IMG/VR virus record: IMGVR_UViG_3300028653_000016
Span: 6,395 to 70,394 of that record
Direction: 5' to 3' (one strand)
Origin: a virus
DNA: 64,000 bases
This document shows positions 18,738 through 28,735 of the stretch, piece after piece; the stretch's first letter is position 1, and each line of letters opens with the position of its first letter. The notes under the pieces are model-generated. The model was not told the origin of the DNA. It made no database searches and was given only the letters and a program-made list of their open reading frames with translations. Both the position numbers and the translations under genes were made by a program.

Positions 18738-19219
18738 TTCCCAATCTCCCGACTTTCTTTAATCTTCTGCTCCATTATAACATGAGAAACAGGATTTGTC
18801 AAGGTCTTATCTAAATCTTTTAAATAATTCATAACATTGTTAACTAGTTCGGGTTTACGATACATCAAATCTCTTACATATTTGGATACTGCAAAGTTAA
18901 GTTCATCTTTGAAATCTTTTTCATCTTTTACATCAATTCCGTCCAAGGTCATTGTTATCTCTTCAAGAACGTTTGTGTCACCATCCAAGGCTTCCTTGGC
19001 AACTCTGAAAGAACACCCTTTAAACTTACTGTAAAAGTTATAGATATCGCCTCCAACTGAACAGGGGAAACAAAAATAGCTGCTGGTGTGCTCGTAAATT
19101 ACTAAACTAGGCTTCTTATCCTCGTGCCAGGGACAGCAGATAGCTTTAAGCTCATTAGAGTATTGAACTGCCTTCTGCCCAGTTAGTTCCTCTATGACTT
19201 CAAGAATTGTTTTCTTCAT
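18734..19219 (-). CDS. stand-alone CHC2 (primase-type) zinc-finger protein
   Basis: CCPWHEDKKPSL...YFCFPC..GGD; no TOPRIM domain. Confidence 0.85.
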   Translation of the reverse strand: MKKTILEVIEELTGQKAVQYSNELKAICCPWHEDKKPSLVIYEHTSSYFCFPCSVGGDIYNFYSKFKGCSFRVAKEALDGDTNVLEEITMTLDGIDVKDEKDFKDELNFAVSKYVRDLMYRKPELVNNVMNYLKDLDKTLTNPVSHVIMEQKIKESREIGK

Positions 19220-20583
19220 ACTACAGGAGTGCTCGTTCCACCGATCTGAATCTCTTGTATTTGCATGTATTTGCCATTAATCTGCAAAGTAGCTGTTCCT
19301 GTTTCTGAATGCCTTGATAGCATTAATGCTAAACGTGCAAATCCCTTCTTCCCATTTCTATCAAATCCTTCTCTATCCTCAATTCTCCAGGAAAAAACAT
19401 AATCTACGTCCTTCAGGGGCTGGCCTGAACGCTCGATATCGTAGGCATCAAAATCCTTATTATCCTCTAGAGCATCTTTAGCACTCTGAGCTTTCACATG
19501 GGTAAGCAAAATAAAAGGAATACGTTCCTGCAAAGCCATGCTACAAATATTTTGAGCAATGATACCCTTCTTTTGCCAATCTTGCATAGCCTCTTTGGAG
19601 GTAGTAGTCATTCTTCCAAAGTGATCGACTACAACCAATCCAACCTTCTTACCATCCTCTTTAAGCTTTTTAATTCGTTCTCCAATTAACTCTGGAGTAC
19701 TGATAGCTGCAGGTACTTCATCAAAATAAATCTTATTCAGAATCTGATGCTTACCCTCTTTTACTGAAGTAATAAACTGAATCCAACGAGATTCTTCCAT
19801 AGCATCCATCTGATTAGAATAGATATGAGACAAGGGGATACAAAGCTCCATGGCAGCGTAACGCATGTAGAAAAGTTCAACAGTCCCTTCGTTAGCATGA
19901 TAATAGGAATACACGCCACGTTTAGCTGCTCTATAGCAAATATTCATAGCAAGAGCTGACTTAAATTCTTTCGGTGGAGCCATTATGATAGACACACTCG
20001 ATGGGGCAAGTCCACCAGTCAAAGAATCGATACCAGCATACCCAATCTTTAATCCTTCGTACTTCTGAGGATTTGCCTTCCTGTCCTCATATTCCCAATG
20101 AATGCGATCACCAAAAGTATCAAGCTGCCCTGATCGTACTATCTCAGTTCTAAATTTACTTTCAATCCTACCTAGTGAATTCTTAAGCTCCTCAATAGCC
20201 TGATCAGTCTTATTGCTAGAAAGATCCTCCACGCTTCTGCGTAACGCTTGCTCCACCAAATTACGTTTATGGTAGGATAACATGGTATCAATGAGAAATT
20301 CAATACTACTGTCATCTGGGGTCTCAACAGCAAGCTCATTCCACAACACAGACACACTGCTTGCCAAATCTTCCTGAATATTCTGTTGCTGAAGAACTGA
20401 AATCACTTCAGTTGCATTTGGAGAAGTACCATAAGTCCTTGCAGCCCAAACTAATACTCTATATAACGTTCGAGAGGTAGACCAGACAAAAGCATCATTA
20501 GGAAGTCTATCCCCAGCGATTTGAGCTTTTGCAGGATCTCTTATAATATGTCTAAGAAGATTTTTCTCTAATTGTTGATCCAT
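19216..20583 (-). CDS. DnaB-like replicative helicase
   Basis: GY.GID.LTGGL, APPKEFKS, LVVVDHF, RSG....DVD, SRH. Confidence 0.85.
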   Translation of the reverse strand: MDQQLEKNLLRHIIRDPAKAQIAGDRLPNDAFVWSTSRTLYRVLVWAARTYGTSPNATEVISVLQQQNIQEDLASSVSVLWNELAVETPDDSSIEFLIDTMLSYHKRNLVEQALRRSVEDLSSNKTDQAIEELKNSLGRIESKFRTEIVRSGQLDTFGDRIHWEYEDRKANPQKYEGLKIGYAGIDSLTGGLAPSSVSIIMAPPKEFKSALAMNICYRAAKRGVYSYYHANEGTVELFYMRYAAMELCIPLSHIYSNQMDAMEESRWIQFITSVKEGKHQILNKIYFDEVPAAISTPELIGERIKKLKEDGKKVGLVVVDHFGRMTTTSKEAMQDWQKKGIIAQNICSMALQERIPFILLTHVKAQSAKDALEDNKDFDAYDIERSGQPLKDVDYVFSWRIEDREGFDRNGKKGFARLALMLSRHSETGTATLQINGKYMQIQEIQIGGTSTPVV

Positions 20584-20587
20584 TATA

Positions 20588-20782
20588 TTACCTCAATTCA
20601 AATGACAAACAAGAGCATCTTCCAGCCCTGCACCAAACATCTGGTGCTAATTGACTATGGGGAGGACAATAATCTAAAAATTCTCTTGGTAAAGCTCTAA
20701 TAGCACAATGATACTTAAGCAAATGCCCACACACAGAACATTTTCGAGTCATAGCTATTCTTTCTAGCATCTCTCTATTCAT
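20588..20782 (-). CDS. Cys/His microprotein (CxxCGH family, no tail)
   Basis: CSVCGHLLKYH...C...CSCLSF; ATG 20782 overlaps the upstream stop. Confidence 0.65.
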   Translation of the reverse strand: MNREMLERIAMTRKCSVCGHLLKYHCAIRALPREFLDYCPPHSQLAPDVWCRAGRCSCLSFELR

Positions 20783-20982
20783 GCAATCTTCTCCATAGCC
20801 TTCATTTCCAACCATTCTAAATTAGACATAGGCTTATATATGCCACAACATTTCCAATTAGCTTTTTCGTCAGCATAACAACCCCAACAAGTATCTTCAA
20901 AATCCCAATTCTCAAATCTACTAAGAAACGTTCTTGTATGATGAGATGCCTTACTATGGCTGCAGATACAAGGGCGATCCAT
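20779..20982 (-). CDS. Cys/His microprotein, DNLxYLE family
   Basis: CICSHSKASHH...CWGC...SNLEWLE. Confidence 0.75.
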   Translation of the reverse strand: MDRPCICSHSKASHHTRTFLSRFENWDFEDTCWGCYADEKANWKCCGIYKPMSNLEWLEMKAMEKIA

Positions 20983-21260
20983 TATTCATCATCCTCTACA
21001 TCGCCATGATCATGAGATTCAACATCATAAAATTCTTCTACTTCCTCTGGTGTCATCTCAGTAATATAGTAGGTGCCTGAATAGAAAATTTTTGTCGTGA
21101 ATGGAACATCACTCCAGACCCTATCAGCCTCGACCACGCCTGAAGGAGAGATTTTCACATTTTTGACGACAAACATATCGTCATTTCTCTTTTGCAAATC
21201 GTCATTCAGTAAGGATACTCTGTAATGTCTTTCTGGAACTAAATTTTCTCCATCTTTCAT
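20982..21260 (-). CDS. hypothetical protein with acidic tail
   Basis: 92 aa, GGAG RBS. Confidence 0.6.
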   Translation of the reverse strand: MKDGENLVPERHYRVSLLNDDLQKRNDDMFVVKNVKISPSGVVEADRVWSDVPFTTKIFYSGTYYITEMTPEEVEEFYDVESHDHGDVEDDE

Positions 21261-21274
21261 ATTATCTCTCCTTT

Positions 21275-21433
21275 TTACTTAGAACTCAAGTGCCATCCCA
21301 TGCAGACAGTACAGTGATATGATCTCACTATCACTGCTTTATACTCATACAAATACATAGCTGTCTGCTCAGCTTCAGCTTGGCTATTGTATTTTTTCTT
21401 TGTTTGGCAGCTCGTAATAGCGTTAGGTTTCAT
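21275..21433 (-). CDS. small zinc-binding protein (52 aa, missed by ORF track)
   Basis: C..KKKY....EA...A......SYHCTVCMGWHLSS. Confidence 0.65.
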   Translation of the reverse strand: MKPNAITSCQTKKKYNSQAEAEQTAMYLYEYKAVIVRSYHCTVCMGWHLSSK

Positions 21434-21846
21434 TAATACCCTTCTTTACTCGGCCAAAAATAAGGTGTAGCAGGATCTTCAACCCATCCAAATTTTCCAT
21501 ACCATATAGGATCTTTTCTAAGAAGATTAGCTCTCATAGCGGAATGATATTTCTCATTACCTAGCCAAGGAGGAAGTTCTCTATATAGGAATGGACAAAA
21601 CTTTGTATGGATTGTACTATTAAATCCCCTATTGATCCATTCTACACACATGACCCATCCATAATAAGAAAGAGCACCTTCATAGCCTTTCCATTGCTGC
21701 ACAGCGGGATGATGAGCCCACCCTTTGGATTTACCCGTTAAGGTATTAAGAATCTGCAGAGCTTCCACTCTCTGTTTTCCGAGCCTCTTATTATCTAAGC
21801 ACTCAGCTGACTTTTTAAAGTCACTATAGGGTAAGAATGTTTGCAT
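21433..21846 (-). CDS. pyrimidine-dimer DNA glycosylase-like protein (MSMEG_6728 / endonuclease V family)
   Basis: MQTFLPY.DF..SA..LD.KRLGKQRVE...GW.HHPA...W.GY. Confidence 0.85.
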   Translation of the reverse strand: MQTFLPYSDFKKSAECLDNKRLGKQRVEALQILNTLTGKSKGWAHHPAVQQWKGYEGALSYYGWVMCVEWINRGFNSTIHTKFCPFLYRELPPWLGNEKYHSAMRANLLRKDPIWYGKFGWVEDPATPYFWPSKEGY

Positions 21847-21861
21847 TATATGCCTCGATAT

Positions 21862-21890
21862 AGTATATCACACTTGCTCGTTATTTGCAA
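21862..21890 (-). promoter_or_regulatory. sigma70-type promoter TTGCAA-N17-TATACT (extended TG)
   Basis: Consensus match upstream of the glycosylase RBS. Confidence 0.6.
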
Positions 21891-22173
21891 GCTCTCTTTT
21901 GGCTCTTTCTTCAGCCTCTTTTTTATATTTTGCCTCATACGCTTTTTGACAATAAGTACATTCATTTGAAAAAGGACAATGGTGAATAACTAATTGCTCT
22001 ATCTCTTCTGATTCCTGTTCTTCCTTCACCCACTTAGGTTTAGTCAAATAATAGGGAAACAGCTTGGCTATAGCTGTAGCTGCTTTCCAATCGGTAGCTT
22101 TGATAGCTTTAAGATATTTTTTTACTATCGTTGCGCTATCAAGAGTATCGGTTAGTTTGGTTGATTTATTCAT
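21868..22173 (-). CDS. hypothetical protein
   Basis: 101 aa ORF with HC...C..C. Confidence 0.55.
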   Translation of the reverse strand: MNKSTKLTDTLDSATIVKKYLKAIKATDWKAATAIAKLFPYYLTKPKWVKEEQESEEIEQLVIHHCPFSNECTYCQKAYEAKYKKEAEERAKRELANNEQV

Positions 22174-22185
22174 TGTTATTTAATT

Positions 22186-22335
22186 CTATTCTCTAAAAAT
22201 AAACATCTCACATTTTTTGTCACAAGGTATAGTTAGAGTTCCTAACCCACAACAGCTTCCATTTGATGAATTATGTGCTATTCTATTGTGAACACATGTT
22301 TGACAAGCATCATAATCTCTTTGATTATCACTCAT
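22186..22335 (-). CDS. Cys/His microprotein (49 aa, missed by ORF track)
   Basis: CQTCVHNRIAH...CC...C...CEMF; AAGGAG RBS. Confidence 0.6.
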   Translation of the reverse strand: MSDNQRDYDACQTCVHNRIAHNSSNGSCCGLGTLTIPCDKKCEMFIFRE

Positions 22336-22349
22336 TTTATTTCTCCTTA

Positions 22350-22694
22350 TTATAAATCAAAATAAGACCAATCTTTCTTATTAAAAAATCTAACTATTCT
22401 AAAACCAAACCAATTATATCTATTCTTAAGAATGGGCAAAAGAATAGCAGCTCTCCCTTTGTCATAAGCTCCACTACTAGAAGACTGAACAATATTATTT
22501 AATTGATTAATTATCCACTCAATTGTTTGTTTTTTCCATGGTTCCCAACCCCCGCTACTTTCATTAAATACATCGTCAAGAATATGTTGAAGATATCTTT
22601 TTTGATCTTCCCATTTAGTTATTGAAAACACAAATAACGTGACAATACTAACAACTAAACTGCTCAGGTCAACACAAACATGGAAAAATTTCAT
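22350..22694 (-). CDS. hypothetical membrane-anchored protein
   Basis: N-terminal hydrophobic helix. Confidence 0.5.
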   Translation of the reverse strand: MKFFHVCVDLSSLVVSIVTLFVFSITKWEDQKRYLQHILDDVFNESSGGWEPWKKQTIEWIINQLNNIVQSSSSGAYDKGRAAILLPILKNRYNWFGFRIVRFFNKKDWSYFDL

Positions 22695-25600
22695 AGTAAC
22701 CCATTCTCTTTCATAAATTTATCTCTGTATTCAATTGCTTCTTCTTTTGTTCTAAAATATTTTCTATGTGTTTTACCCTCAAGTGTAATGATAAAAGTAT
22801 AGCTGTCATCATTTTTTCTATGCCCTAAATGATGCAACGGACTTTTTTCAATAGAAATCTTTCGTTGAAGTTCTCTATTAAAGCAACCACAAGACTTAGT
22901 ATGCCCTCTAAGTAAAGATTGTTCATCAACTACTTTCTCAGTACCACAATCACATTTTACTCTATAAAGTATTGTATTATATTTGTTAAATCCCTCTCGA
23001 TTTAAAATAACAAGCTTTTCAAAACGTGTCCCAATCTCTAAACCATCAGATTTTCTAATACAACCACAAGATTGGGTGCCTCCACTCTCTAAAATGCTTC
23101 TACGAACTATTTTTGTATTGCCACAGTCACATTTACATACCCAGGTATATTGTCCTTTTTCATCTATATTATTAAGTTTCTCTACCGTTAATCTTCCAAA
23201 TACTTTCCCAATTAGATCTGTTTGTTTAAAAAATGTTTTGGTGGTAGGAAATTTTTGAAATGCTGAAAAAGAAGGATGCTTTCTAAAATTTAAAATCTGA
23301 TAAAAATGAGCCAAAAATCTCTCCTCAGAATTTGGGGAAATTTGACTTGGTAGATACTTATTAATTTCACAAAATTGTTCTAATTTCTTAAGATTAGAAT
23401 TAAATACAAAATCTCTTCGGGAAGGTATTTTACTAAAATATTCGAAATATTCTGGCTTTTCTGTACATATACTTTTTTGTAAAACAGCATGCATAAATTC
23501 TGCTATTTCTTTTTCATCCTTTTTTCTACTATAAGGTCTATATCCGACCTTGTCACAAAATTCCTTAGCTTGTAGAAATTTTTCATTAAGTTCTAGATCA
23601 ATAAGTCTTTTATAAGGAGCCATTTCCTGAGCAAAAATAGAGTCATATGATTTATTACTATCTGAATCAATTGTGTAATTAGTTAAAAGAACTGCTAATT
23701 GATATTCTTCTGTATCTTCAATATGTCTACTAGGTAGGTAATGCTGACCTTTATAAATATGCTTTGTGATCCAATCTCGTATACGTTGTTTATTACCATC
23801 TGAATTTTGGTATATACTTTCTCTCACCACAGTAAAAATCTTGTCTTCCATTGAAGGAATATAAGTTGAGATCTCCAAAATCTTCTCTTCCTTAGCCCCG
23901 CTTGATCCTCTGCTGTCAGGTGTAACCTTTCTCTTGCCATCTCCTGTCTTCAAAGCATTAATCTCAGCCATCAACACTTCATCCACATCCTGGAGAGCAT
24001 TCAGAATAGCTTTCACATCTTTGAATACACTCTCATCAATCTCAGACTCCATAGTAGCAGTATCTTTGAAATAAACTGGAAGAAGAATAACTGCTTGCTT
24101 ATCTGGATTATTTTTGTCAATCCTCATAGCTCTACCAGCAGCTTGGACGATATCAATCTTAGATTTCTTAGGATCACAGAACATTACCAAATCAATATTA
24201 GGCACATCAATGCCTTCTGTTAAGCAACGGGCATTAGTCATGATAGCATCTTGTGACGCTTTGAAGGTATTCATCGTCCCAAGACGTTCTGAAGCACTCT
24301 GCTCACCATTCACATGCACAACTTGCCCACCAAAGCCTGAAATAGCTGCATGATCTTTCTGAAAGGCTTTAGCATTACTGATAGTACTATGAAATGTGAT
24401 TGCATGTTTTGCATGATACTCAGCCATTACCTTATTCAAGGCAATGTGATTTGCAGCCGTTTCAAAATTCAATAAGCTACCATCTTTGGTATGCCCATAA
24501 GTCCTATCTTTAATAAGCTTCTGCAAATCTTCATCTGTGAGCCCAGTAATAACAATCTTATAGGGAGCTAACAATTTAAGATCAATTGCTTGTCGGAAAG
24601 ACATTTTATAGAAAGGCTTCCCATAAACCTTCTCATCTGCCATATCAAATACTTGAAAGCCTTTTAAAACTTGTGAAGTTTTCACTCCATCTTTATATAC
24701 TTTCGGGGTAGCCGTTTGAAACAGTCTCTTACCCAAATTTAATTTAATATCTAATGGAAGTGTAAAAGCTCGCTTACTTTCTCCTACGGTCTTATGTGCC
24801 TCATCAAAAACTGTCAATCCAAAAGGAAGAGCTTTCTTACCTTTAACCAATTTCTCAAGAACATGAAAGCTTTGATAGGTACTATAAACAATTGCCTTGG
24901 GATTATTCTTCAGAAAATCCTTCACTACTTTAACATCCGTAGTAACTCTGCTATCCACACTATGCAGCCGAATCTCAGCATCATCTTCAGATTTCTTATA
25001 AACCTTTGTACCATCCTCTGCCTCTTTGTCAATATCGTACTCAGAACAGATACACAGATAGGGAACTGATAAATCCTTACGATTAGCATTCCAAACATTC
25101 TTGGTCTGCTTCAAAAGACTCAAAGAAGGAACTAAAATTAAAGCCCTATCAAACTTACCTTCTTCATAGACCCACAAAGCCTCTAAACTCTTGCCCCAAC
25201 CACATGGAACCAAAAGCTGCCCCTTATCCCCTTCCCTAAACCCCGCTAGGATAGCATTTAAGGCTTCTAGCTGGTCTGGCCTTGGCTTTTTAGGGGCTCG
25301 AACGACTTCAGACACCTTTTCATCTAAAAGGGCTAAAATCTGCCCAAATACCTCAGTTTCAATTGTAGCTACAGTTTCAAAGCCTACAAACTCCCATTTA
25401 TCAAATTTCTCTGTATATTCAGATATCCCAGCAACATTTGTAAAGATAATCCGATAATCAGCCTTTTCTCCTTCAAGAAACAAATTACCAAGCTTATCCC
25501 CATTCCAATCTAGGGAACCTTGCTGATCCCTATGAAACTTACATTGAATAGCTGACAACTTCCCTTGAAAGTCTTCTAGGACTAAATCAATTCCATGATC

Positions 25601-25813
25601 CCCTTTATCCCATAAACCAAGCTGTACCCGAATCTCTTGAGGGATTTCCTTGCTAAGCCATACATTCTTATATTGCCCAAGCACCTTATAATAAGCTTGG
25701 CAAAATCTTTCAAATTCGTATCCATCCATTCCAGGAACATTTCCCTGTGGAAGTGTAGCTAAATAAGAATAGTACGAATCCCAAGTAGGTTCAATCTTAG
25801 TTAAATTTTCCAT
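22691..25813 (-). CDS. restriction endonuclease-SF2 helicase fusion (type ISP-like, no methyltransferase) with C-terminal NUMOD/AP2-like DNA-binding domains
   Basis: G..FE...D.GID...AIQCK; PCGWGKS, FDEAH, TATP, CLTEGIDVP, QAAGRAMR; C-terminal FGRL.V..C.CDCG..SCGC x2. Confidence 0.85.
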   Translation of the reverse strand: MENLTKIEPTWDSYYSYLATLPQGNVPGMDGYEFERFCQAYYKVLGQYKNVWLSKEIPQEIRVQLGLWDKGDHGIDLVLEDFQGKLSAIQCKFHRDQQGSLDWNGDKLGNLFLEGEKADYRIIFTNVAGISEYTEKFDKWEFVGFETVATIETEVFGQILALLDEKVSEVVRAPKKPRPDQLEALNAILAGFREGDKGQLLVPCGWGKSLEALWVYEEGKFDRALILVPSLSLLKQTKNVWNANRKDLSVPYLCICSEYDIDKEAEDGTKVYKKSEDDAEIRLHSVDSRVTTDVKVVKDFLKNNPKAIVYSTYQSFHVLEKLVKGKKALPFGLTVFDEAHKTVGESKRAFTLPLDIKLNLGKRLFQTATPKVYKDGVKTSQVLKGFQVFDMADEKVYGKPFYKMSFRQAIDLKLLAPYKIVITGLTDEDLQKLIKDRTYGHTKDGSLLNFETAANHIALNKVMAEYHAKHAITFHSTISNAKAFQKDHAAISGFGGQVVHVNGEQSASERLGTMNTFKASQDAIMTNARCLTEGIDVPNIDLVMFCDPKKSKIDIVQAAGRAMRIDKNNPDKQAVILLPVYFKDTATMESEIDESVFKDVKAILNALQDVDEVLMAEINALKTGDGKRKVTPDSRGSSGAKEEKILEISTYIPSMEDKIFTVVRESIYQNSDGNKQRIRDWITKHIYKGQHYLPSRHIEDTEEYQLAVLLTNYTIDSDSNKSYDSIFAQEMAPYKRLIDLELNEKFLQAKEFCDKVGYRPYSRKKDEKEIAEFMHAVLQKSICTEKPEYFEYFSKIPSRRDFVFNSNLKKLEQFCEINKYLPSQISPNSEERFLAHFYQILNFRKHPSFSAFQKFPTTKTFFKQTDLIGKVFGRLTVEKLNNIDEKGQYTWVCKCDCGNTKIVRRSILESGGTQSCGCIRKSDGLEIGTRFEKLVILNREGFNKYNTILYRVKCDCGTEKVVDEQSLLRGHTKSCGCFNRELQRKISIEKSPLHHLGHRKNDDSYTFIITLEGKTHRKYFRTKEEAIEYRDKFMKENGLL

Positions 25814-25818
25814 ACTTC

Positions 25819-25847
25819 AGTATAACATACTTATCTAGTCTTGTCAA
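25819..25847 (-). promoter_or_regulatory. sigma70 promoter TTGACA-N17-TATACT, leaderless
   Basis: Perfect -35, extended -10, ATG 5 nt downstream of the -10. Confidence 0.8.
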
Positions 25848-27013
25848 GGGATATTTTTCACCTCTAGGTAAGGAATAAAGGGTAGACACATCAATGTTGT
25901 CAAACCTGAAATAATAATCAACCCATTATACCCAAATAAAGCAAAACACTTTGCCCCTACTATATTTGAAAAGAAAGAAGCACAATTAACAAGTGAGCAT
26001 AACAAAGCATAAGTTGTTGCTTCCGTTTTTTCTGGGCAAGTCATGGCCATGAGATTTAGCATAGTTAAATGAACAAATTGCGTAGCGATCCCAAAAATAA
26101 TAGCATACCATAAAATCGTAGTAGGAGTTAAATACAAGTAAGCAAAAGTTCCAATTGCACTTATAAGTGTTCCATAGTATAACCAACGTTTCATATCAAT
26201 ATTTTTACTCACTTTAAAGTATACTATAGCCCCCACAATTCCACAAGCAGATCCAATAGTATCTAACCAACCGATATACACTTTCGACATGTGCAGACCA
26301 TTTAACATTTTATCTAGCAAAGGAGTTCCAAAAGAAGGACTAAACCAAAGGAAAAATAGAAATAAACTGCAAAGAAGAATCTGTTTATTTTTTAATTTTG
26401 CTAAAAAATCCTTAATTATAGGCCCAACTGCCTTTTTAGTCTTTTCAGATTTCACTTCAGGGTATCTAAGAGCCATTATAGCGATTAGAATAGGGAAAAT
26501 AGCGAGAATTATATAAGCAAGATGGTAAGAAGCCTTTTCTGCGATATAACCTCCAGAAACGCCTGTAAGAACGCTTCCAACGCCTAAAGCAGCCCATGTC
26601 ACAGATTGAAAGCGGCCAGTTGTACCATCTTTATTACCTGCTTCAATTCCCATGCCATTTACAGCTACATTTCCACCTGCTTCCCCAATAGATCCAACAA
26701 TCATTAAGCCAATTAAAACAGACAAGGAAATAAAAGGAGATACACCAATAACAAGAAATGCGAGAGTGCCTAAAATGGCAAATAAAACAACATAGCTTTT
26801 CCTACGGTAGCCAAAGATACTTATAGAATCACTAAGAATCCCCCACACTGGTTTTATCATCCAAGGTATATTGGCTAAAGCCCCAAGCATCATGATTTGG
26901 GATACCGAAATCCCAAGGGTCTCCCTTAAAAAACAAAAAAGAGGCAGAGAAGCAAGCCCTCCAATCCCCTGATTAAAAAATACGAGAATAGCTAAGACGT
27001 ATAGAAAATTCAT
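25844..27013 (-). CDS. MFS transporter, folate-biopterin (BT1/FBT) family-like
   Basis: PWMIKPVWGILSD...FGYRRKSY; CP...EAT.YALL.S..N; about 12 TM segments. Confidence 0.85.
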   Translation of the reverse strand: MNFLYVLAILVFFNQGIGGLASLPLFCFLRETLGISVSQIMMLGALANIPWMIKPVWGILSDSISIFGYRRKSYVVLFAILGTLAFLVIGVSPFISLSVLIGLMIVGSIGEAGGNVAVNGMGIEAGNKDGTTGRFQSVTWAALGVGSVLTGVSGGYIAEKASYHLAYIILAIFPILIAIMALRYPEVKSEKTKKAVGPIIKDFLAKLKNKQILLCSLFLFFLWFSPSFGTPLLDKMLNGLHMSKVYIGWLDTIGSACGIVGAIVYFKVSKNIDMKRWLYYGTLISAIGTFAYLYLTPTTILWYAIIFGIATQFVHLTMLNLMAMTCPEKTEATTYALLCSLVNCASFFSNIVGAKCFALFGYNGLIIISGLTTLMCLPFIPYLEVKNIP

Positions 27014-27201
27014 TTACTCATTTCTTCTAAATACTTTAAATTATCACCTTTAAAATTATGATAATTTGTTTCACGATCTCTATGAGTTTGCTCAAAACAT
27101 TCCTCACACCAAAAATCTACATTAAAATATCGCTTATGAATATTATCGTGATGCTTAGATAACAAATGACCGCAGAGACAAGGGTATTCTAAATTAGTCA
27201 T
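27010..27201 (-). CDS. Cys/His microprotein, DNLxYLE family
   Basis: CLCGHLLSKHH...CEEC...FKGDNLKYLEE. Confidence 0.75.
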   Translation of the reverse strand: MTNLEYPCLCGHLLSKHHDNIHKRYFNVDFWCEECFEQTHRDRETNYHNFKGDNLKYLEEMSK

Positions 27202-27407
27202 AAATTTGTTGGGGTTTTTAAAGAGACCCCTAAACTCTAGTCACCAGGACGGGCAACATCTGTCAGCCTCCGAAGGATCTTTTATGCTTTCTATAATATC
27301 TAACTGCAAAAATCAATCCCAATATAGCGTACCCAATCAAAAGATTTACCAATTTGACCTGAGCTGTCATATTGAACAAGCCATGAGAAACATGCACTTC
27401 TAAAAAA

Positions 27408-27575
27408 CTACTCTGCCTTTCTATTCTCATACTGTTCCCAGAATCCCTTTGCAAAATTCTCATCATAGATGACATCCGTTGGATCTGTCAATCTTGAGAT
27501 AAGAGCAGCAATATGGTCCTGAGTAGGAACCTTTTCCCGTTTATCGAGCAACACTTTCTTCAGTAGCTTCTTCAT
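27408..27575 (-). CDS. hypothetical protein (55 aa)
   Basis: Manual translation MKKLLKKVLLDKREKVPTQDH...; AAGGAG RBS. Confidence 0.5.
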   Translation of the reverse strand: MKKLLKKVLLDKREKVPTQDHIAALISRLTDPTDVIYDENFAKGFWEQYENRKAE

Positions 27576-27593
27576 TTGATGTCATCTCCTTTT

Positions 27594-27818
27594 TTATGGT
27601 GCCTCTGACTCTAACATGTAACCGCAATCTTCCAAAGTATCTCTTGACAAGGTACTCCCAATAATATGCCTAGATCCTATTGGTTTTGTCAAAGTATATA
27701 ATGCAAAATCTGGATAATTATTAATACCCACTTCCTGAATTCCCTCAAATATAACAAATTGATCCTGCTGATTCGGTACAATACTCTTAGCTAGAAATCG
27801 ATCTCCTCGATTTGGCAT
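27594..27818 (-). CDS. hypothetical protein
   Basis: 74 aa ORF. Confidence 0.6.
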   Translation of the reverse strand: MPNRGDRFLAKSIVPNQQDQFVIFEGIQEVGINNYPDFALYTLTKPIGSRHIIGSTLSRDTLEDCGYMLESEAP

Positions 27819-27972
27819 AATTATTCCCCCACCCCAGAATTACCTTCTGGATAGTAGCTTGCTGTGACACTATTCACATTTGCAACAAACACTTTAGCTA
27901 CAGATAAAGTGATTGCCACAAACCCTCCCACGACCACTGCCAAGAACAATACAAGCAATAATTTCTCTCTCA

Positions 27973-28308
27973 TTACACACTCCTTAGAACAACAATAGTA
28001 ACATCTACTATCCGTCGAATATCATAAGCCTCATCAGACAAAAATCCCCACCTTGAATTCAAAGGATGAATCCATAGAGCATCACTATGAGGATAGTACC
28101 CAACCAAAGTACCTTTTACAGATGTCCCATCTTTCAGAAACACTTCAATCGTTGTACCTGTAGGAATCTTCTCCACCTTAGCCTCTAGCAGCTGAATATA
28201 AACCATCGTAAATTCTCTCATGAGATGCTGGTAACTCTCTTCAGCATATAAAGGAGAGAGCAGCCCAATAAGAACTAATGAAAGAATTAATCGTCTCACT
28301 TTGTCCAT
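27973..28308 (-). CDS. exported protein with Sm/LSm-like fold
   Basis: Signal peptide ending LYA; IEVFLKDGTSVKGTLV...I..I..V. Confidence 0.55.
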   Translation of the reverse strand: MDKVRRLILSLVLIGLLSPLYAEESYQHLMREFTMVYIQLLEAKVEKIPTGTTIEVFLKDGTSVKGTLVGYYPHSDALWIHPLNSRWGFLSDEAYDIRRIVDVTIVVLRSV

Positions 28309-28476
28309 CCATTATCGATCAGATGCTCAGCCAGTTCCCAAATATAAGAAGGAGCACTATTAACATCCCATTCAGGAAGTCCTGTAAGGTCTGAAATTAA
28401 TTGCTCTTTCAAAGAATGTTTTGTAGCGACGGTCCCAAAATCCTCTTGAGTAAAATCTACTTTTGTTTTCTTCATC

Positions 28477-28713
28477 TTATTCTCCTCTCAATTCTTGACT
28501 TATTCGCAGATTAGCAACCGCTTTAGCAAACAATTCTGTATACATAGCATGAAACTTTTCTTCAGCTTTTTCAACTTTCTGTTCTAATGTTTCAAGAACT
28601 TCAACAGCAGGAACAATTTCATTTACTCCAAAGAAATGCTGCACTCCAAGCCTCGCTTCACCCTTTGCCACAATCCTAGCCTTCGCTGCTGCTGTATACG
28701 GTTGTCTTACCAT
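28477..28713 (-). CDS. hypothetical protein
   Basis: 78 aa, GGGAGG RBS. Confidence 0.6.
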   Translation of the reverse strand: MVRQPYTAAAKARIVAKGEARLGVQHFFGVNEIVPAVEVLETLEQKVEKAEEKFHAMYTELFAKAVANLRISQELRGE

Positions 28714-28735
28714 GTTATAACCCTCCCTTGAGCTA

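Noticed and set aside
27202-27262. GC-richer intergenic stretch with a GGGGT...ACCCC hairpin as a tRNA or ncRNA
   Set aside because: No cloverleaf or recognisable family; only a short stem
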